Both the position numbers and the translations under genes were made by a program. A DNA stretch of 64,000 nucleotides, taken from assembly GCA_963783575.1 (NCBI GenBank), contig CAWAOD010000016.1:253153-317152 (forward strand). The letters run 5' to 3'. Shown piece after piece: positions 61,875 to 64,000 of this stretch (within the stretch, counting starts at the first letter, position 1; every line of letters starts with the position of its first letter). This stretch comes from an uncultured Spirochaetota bacterium. Lineage in GTDB: Bacteria; Spirochaetota; Brevinematia; Brevinematales; JAOACQ01. The notes beneath the pieces are model-generated. The model ran no database searches. It had not been told where the DNA came from and saw only the letters and a program-made list of their open reading frames with translations.

Positions 61875-63098
61875 ATGGCATCAGGTCAGTTTAAGGAAGT
61901 CCGGTTTCAAAAAGGAAGCATACCGATAATTGAAGGACAGGAAGAAAATGATTTTTTTTATATAATAAAAAAAGGCAAGGTCCTTCAGACTACAAATACA
62001 AAACCTCTGGAAGAACAGGAAAGACAAATCCTTGAAGCGGGCAATTTTTTCGGCGTAATAGATTGTATGGCCAAAAGGCCTTATCTTCATACAATTGAAA
62101 TTCTTGAAGATACGCTTGCCATTGTCGTTTACAGGAACCAATTCGAGATTTTGATTCAGAATACGTCGCCTATCGCGCTTAAGATTCTCCGTTATTTCAG
62201 CCAGAAACTGCGGCAGTTCGATATGGTTCTGACCCAGCTGTCACTTAAATCGATTTCCACTGAGGATCCGAAAAATCTGTTTGATATAGCGGAATATTAC
62301 GAATCGCATACCGGAAAAGAAAGTCATGCTGCTTATGCCTATCTGCGCTATATTAAATACTGCCCTGGGGGAGATAAAGTCGAAACCGCCAAAAAAAACT
62401 TTTCAAAACTGTATTCTGCTTATAAAGAAAAAATTAAACTTGAGCCTGACAGCCAGGAAAATTTTTATTATTCATTTACACCCGATCAGGTTATCTTTCT
62501 GGAACATGAACCTGGAAACCAGCTTTACATTATCCAGGAGGGAGAGGTGAAAATATCGAAAATTGTAAATAAACAGGAAGTTCTCCTCAATATTCTAAAA
62601 GCCGGTGATATTTTCGGGGAAATGGCAATACTTGAAAACAAACCCCGTAATGCGACGGCTATCGCTTCAAATAAGGTAAGGGTCATGACTGTGACGCGGG
62701 AAAACTTCCCGGCCTTGGTATCCAATCATCCGCAGATCGCGACACGCATAATCACCCTTCTTTCCGATAGGATATGGTTCCTCCACCGTCATATTACCAA
62801 TACGACAATCGTTGATCCTGAAACACGTCTATACGACGCTTTATACATACACCTCTTAAAATCAAGGGTTATGATAGAACCGAAGCGGGAATATAAATTC
62901 GATCTTGGTTTTGAGGATTTGCTGAAGTTTACAGGCTTAAAAAATCCCACAGGTTATCGTATATTACAGAATATCATCAGCAGCAAAAAGATTTTTGAAG
63001 TTTCTCAGGGTAAAATTGTCTGCAAAGACATATCAATGATAGAACCGCTGATTCAACTGGTCAAACATGACAGGAAAACAGAGACAAATGTTAATTAA
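61875..63098 (+). CDS. Crp/Fnr-family protein with two cNMP-binding domains
   Basis: FYIIKKGKV..GNFFG and LYIIQEGEV..GDIFGEMA..PRNATA motifs; central TPR-like helix. Confidence 0.85.
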   Translation: MASGQFKEVRFQKGSIPIIEGQEENDFFYIIKKGKVLQTTNTKPLEEQERQILEAGNFFGVIDCMAKRPYLHTIEILEDTLAIVVYRNQFEILIQNTSPIALKILRYFSQKLRQFDMVLTQLSLKSISTEDPKNLFDIAEYYESHTGKESHAAYAYLRYIKYCPGGDKVETAKKNFSKLYSAYKEKIKLEPDSQENFYYSFTPDQVIFLEHEPGNQLYIIQEGEVKISKIVNKQEVLLNILKAGDIFGEMAILENKPRNATAIASNKVRVMTVTRENFPALVSNHPQIATRIITLLSDRIWFLHRHITNTTIVDPETRLYDALYIHLLKSRVMIEPKREYKFDLGFEDLLKFTGLKNPTGYRILQNIISSKKIFEVSQGKIVCKDISMIEPLIQLVKHDRKTETNVN

Positions 63099-63104
63099 TG
63101 CCTG

Positions 63105-63998
63105 TCACTGGCTTGCCGCGATATTACCGCTCATAGTGCCCGCGCCGAAGAACTGCGAATTGTTTATATTGGTCCAGTCACCGCTGGTCGTAATGTATTT
63201 ATTTGCCCAACTGTCATAATAAAGATAGTGCATTGTGTTTGTGAGGAATGTATTATCCATCAATATTATATTTGTAGCATAAAGGGAATAAATTCCACTG
63301 CCTGCCGATCCATTTGTTCCGCCGATTCTGTTATTTGAAAGAATAATGTTAGTCAAGCCGCCATTATAATTGTACAAGTAAATCAGACAATTATTGTTAC
63401 TGGACCAGTCCTCAGTAAGATCGCAGTTTGTTATTGTATAAGAGGAAGCATTTTCAAGATATATTGCGCCTCCGTCGCTGCCGGCGCTATTAAAGGTAAT
63501 TTCCCCGGTAATGGAGTTCCAAAAGCTTGGCGCTAAACTGCTTCCCCGAACATATACGCCTCCCCCATCCGAAGCGGAGTAGTTTGAGGAAACTGTCCCC
63601 ATAATCCTGTTGGAATCATATGTAGTGGAATCTATATAAATCCCGCCGCCGCCGCTGGAAGATAAACCATTTGTAATTATCCGGTTCCGGATTACAATGG
63701 CCGATATTGTATTTTGAGCACCGTTGATGTAAATACCACCTCCGGAATAACATGCCGTATTGTCAGCAATAGTGCCCGATATAAAGGTATTATCGGCCAT
63801 ATTGACATAAATTCCACCGCCTCCCACACTGGTTGTTCCGTTAACTTCCGAGTTGCAGCAGACTAGGGTGTCTTCTATACTGCTGAAATGCGAAGCCTGA
63901 ATGCCGATGCCTCCGCCCGAAAGGGCCGTATTATTACTGACAATGCAGTTGGTAATGACAACGTTCGACGATGATGTTAAATAAATCCCGCCGCCCAT
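63105..63998 (-). CDS. Right-handed beta-helix repeat (Pmp-like) surface protein, 5'-partial
   Basis: Repeated GGG(I/V)Y / GGAIY and N.A motifs; runs off the window end. Confidence 0.75.
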   Translation of the reverse strand: MGGGIYLTSSSNVVITNCIVSNNTALSGGGIGIQASHFSSIEDTLVCCNSEVNGTTSVGGGGIYVNMADNTFISGTIADNTACYSGGGIYINGAQNTISAIVIRNRIITNGLSSSGGGGIYIDSTTYDSNRIMGTVSSNYSASDGGGVYVRGSSLAPSFWNSITGEITFNSAGSDGGAIYLENASSYTITNCDLTEDWSSNNNCLIYLYNYNGGLTNIILSNNRIGGTNGSAGSGIYSLYATNIILMDNTFLTNTMHYLYYDSWANKYITTSGDWTNINNSQFFGAGTMSGNIAASQ

Positions 63999-64000
63999 GT

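Overview
AT-rich bacterial chromosomal window, possibly Spirochaetota; this is a weak inference from the double-cNMP Crp protein, membrane LuxR regulators and the TPR/HD-GYP content. In order it carries a GH116 glycosidase and PfkB kinase, a T-box-regulated thrS, msrA, crcB/DUF190, an intact IS1182-family element, an Rrf2-cysK-metY sulfur operon, and two TetR modules with visible operators. It continues with a LolA-like/FtsX ABC cluster, flavodoxins, a class D beta-lactamase-like gene, a P3A-type H+-ATPase and a WYL regulator. The last part holds a ~16 kb two-component/HD-GYP signalling island, a YtrA-type GntR ABC operon, a GldAFG-like ABC operon, a Crp-family gene and a partial beta-helix protein. 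Four genes are split by single-base indels, most in short homopolymers, which suggests assembly error. No CRISPR array, rRNA or tRNA was seen. The most unusual signals are non-coding. (1) A nested hierarchy of MITE/REP-like elements, with the IS1182 and a 99-bp derivative inserted at the same position of one short repeat core. (2) A duplicated ~155-nt structured leader with a compensatory base change in front of both cysK and metY. (3) An unannotated leader peptide with terminator/antiterminator upstream of a degenerate metallo-beta-lactamase-fold gene. All calls come from reading motifs by eye; no searches were run.
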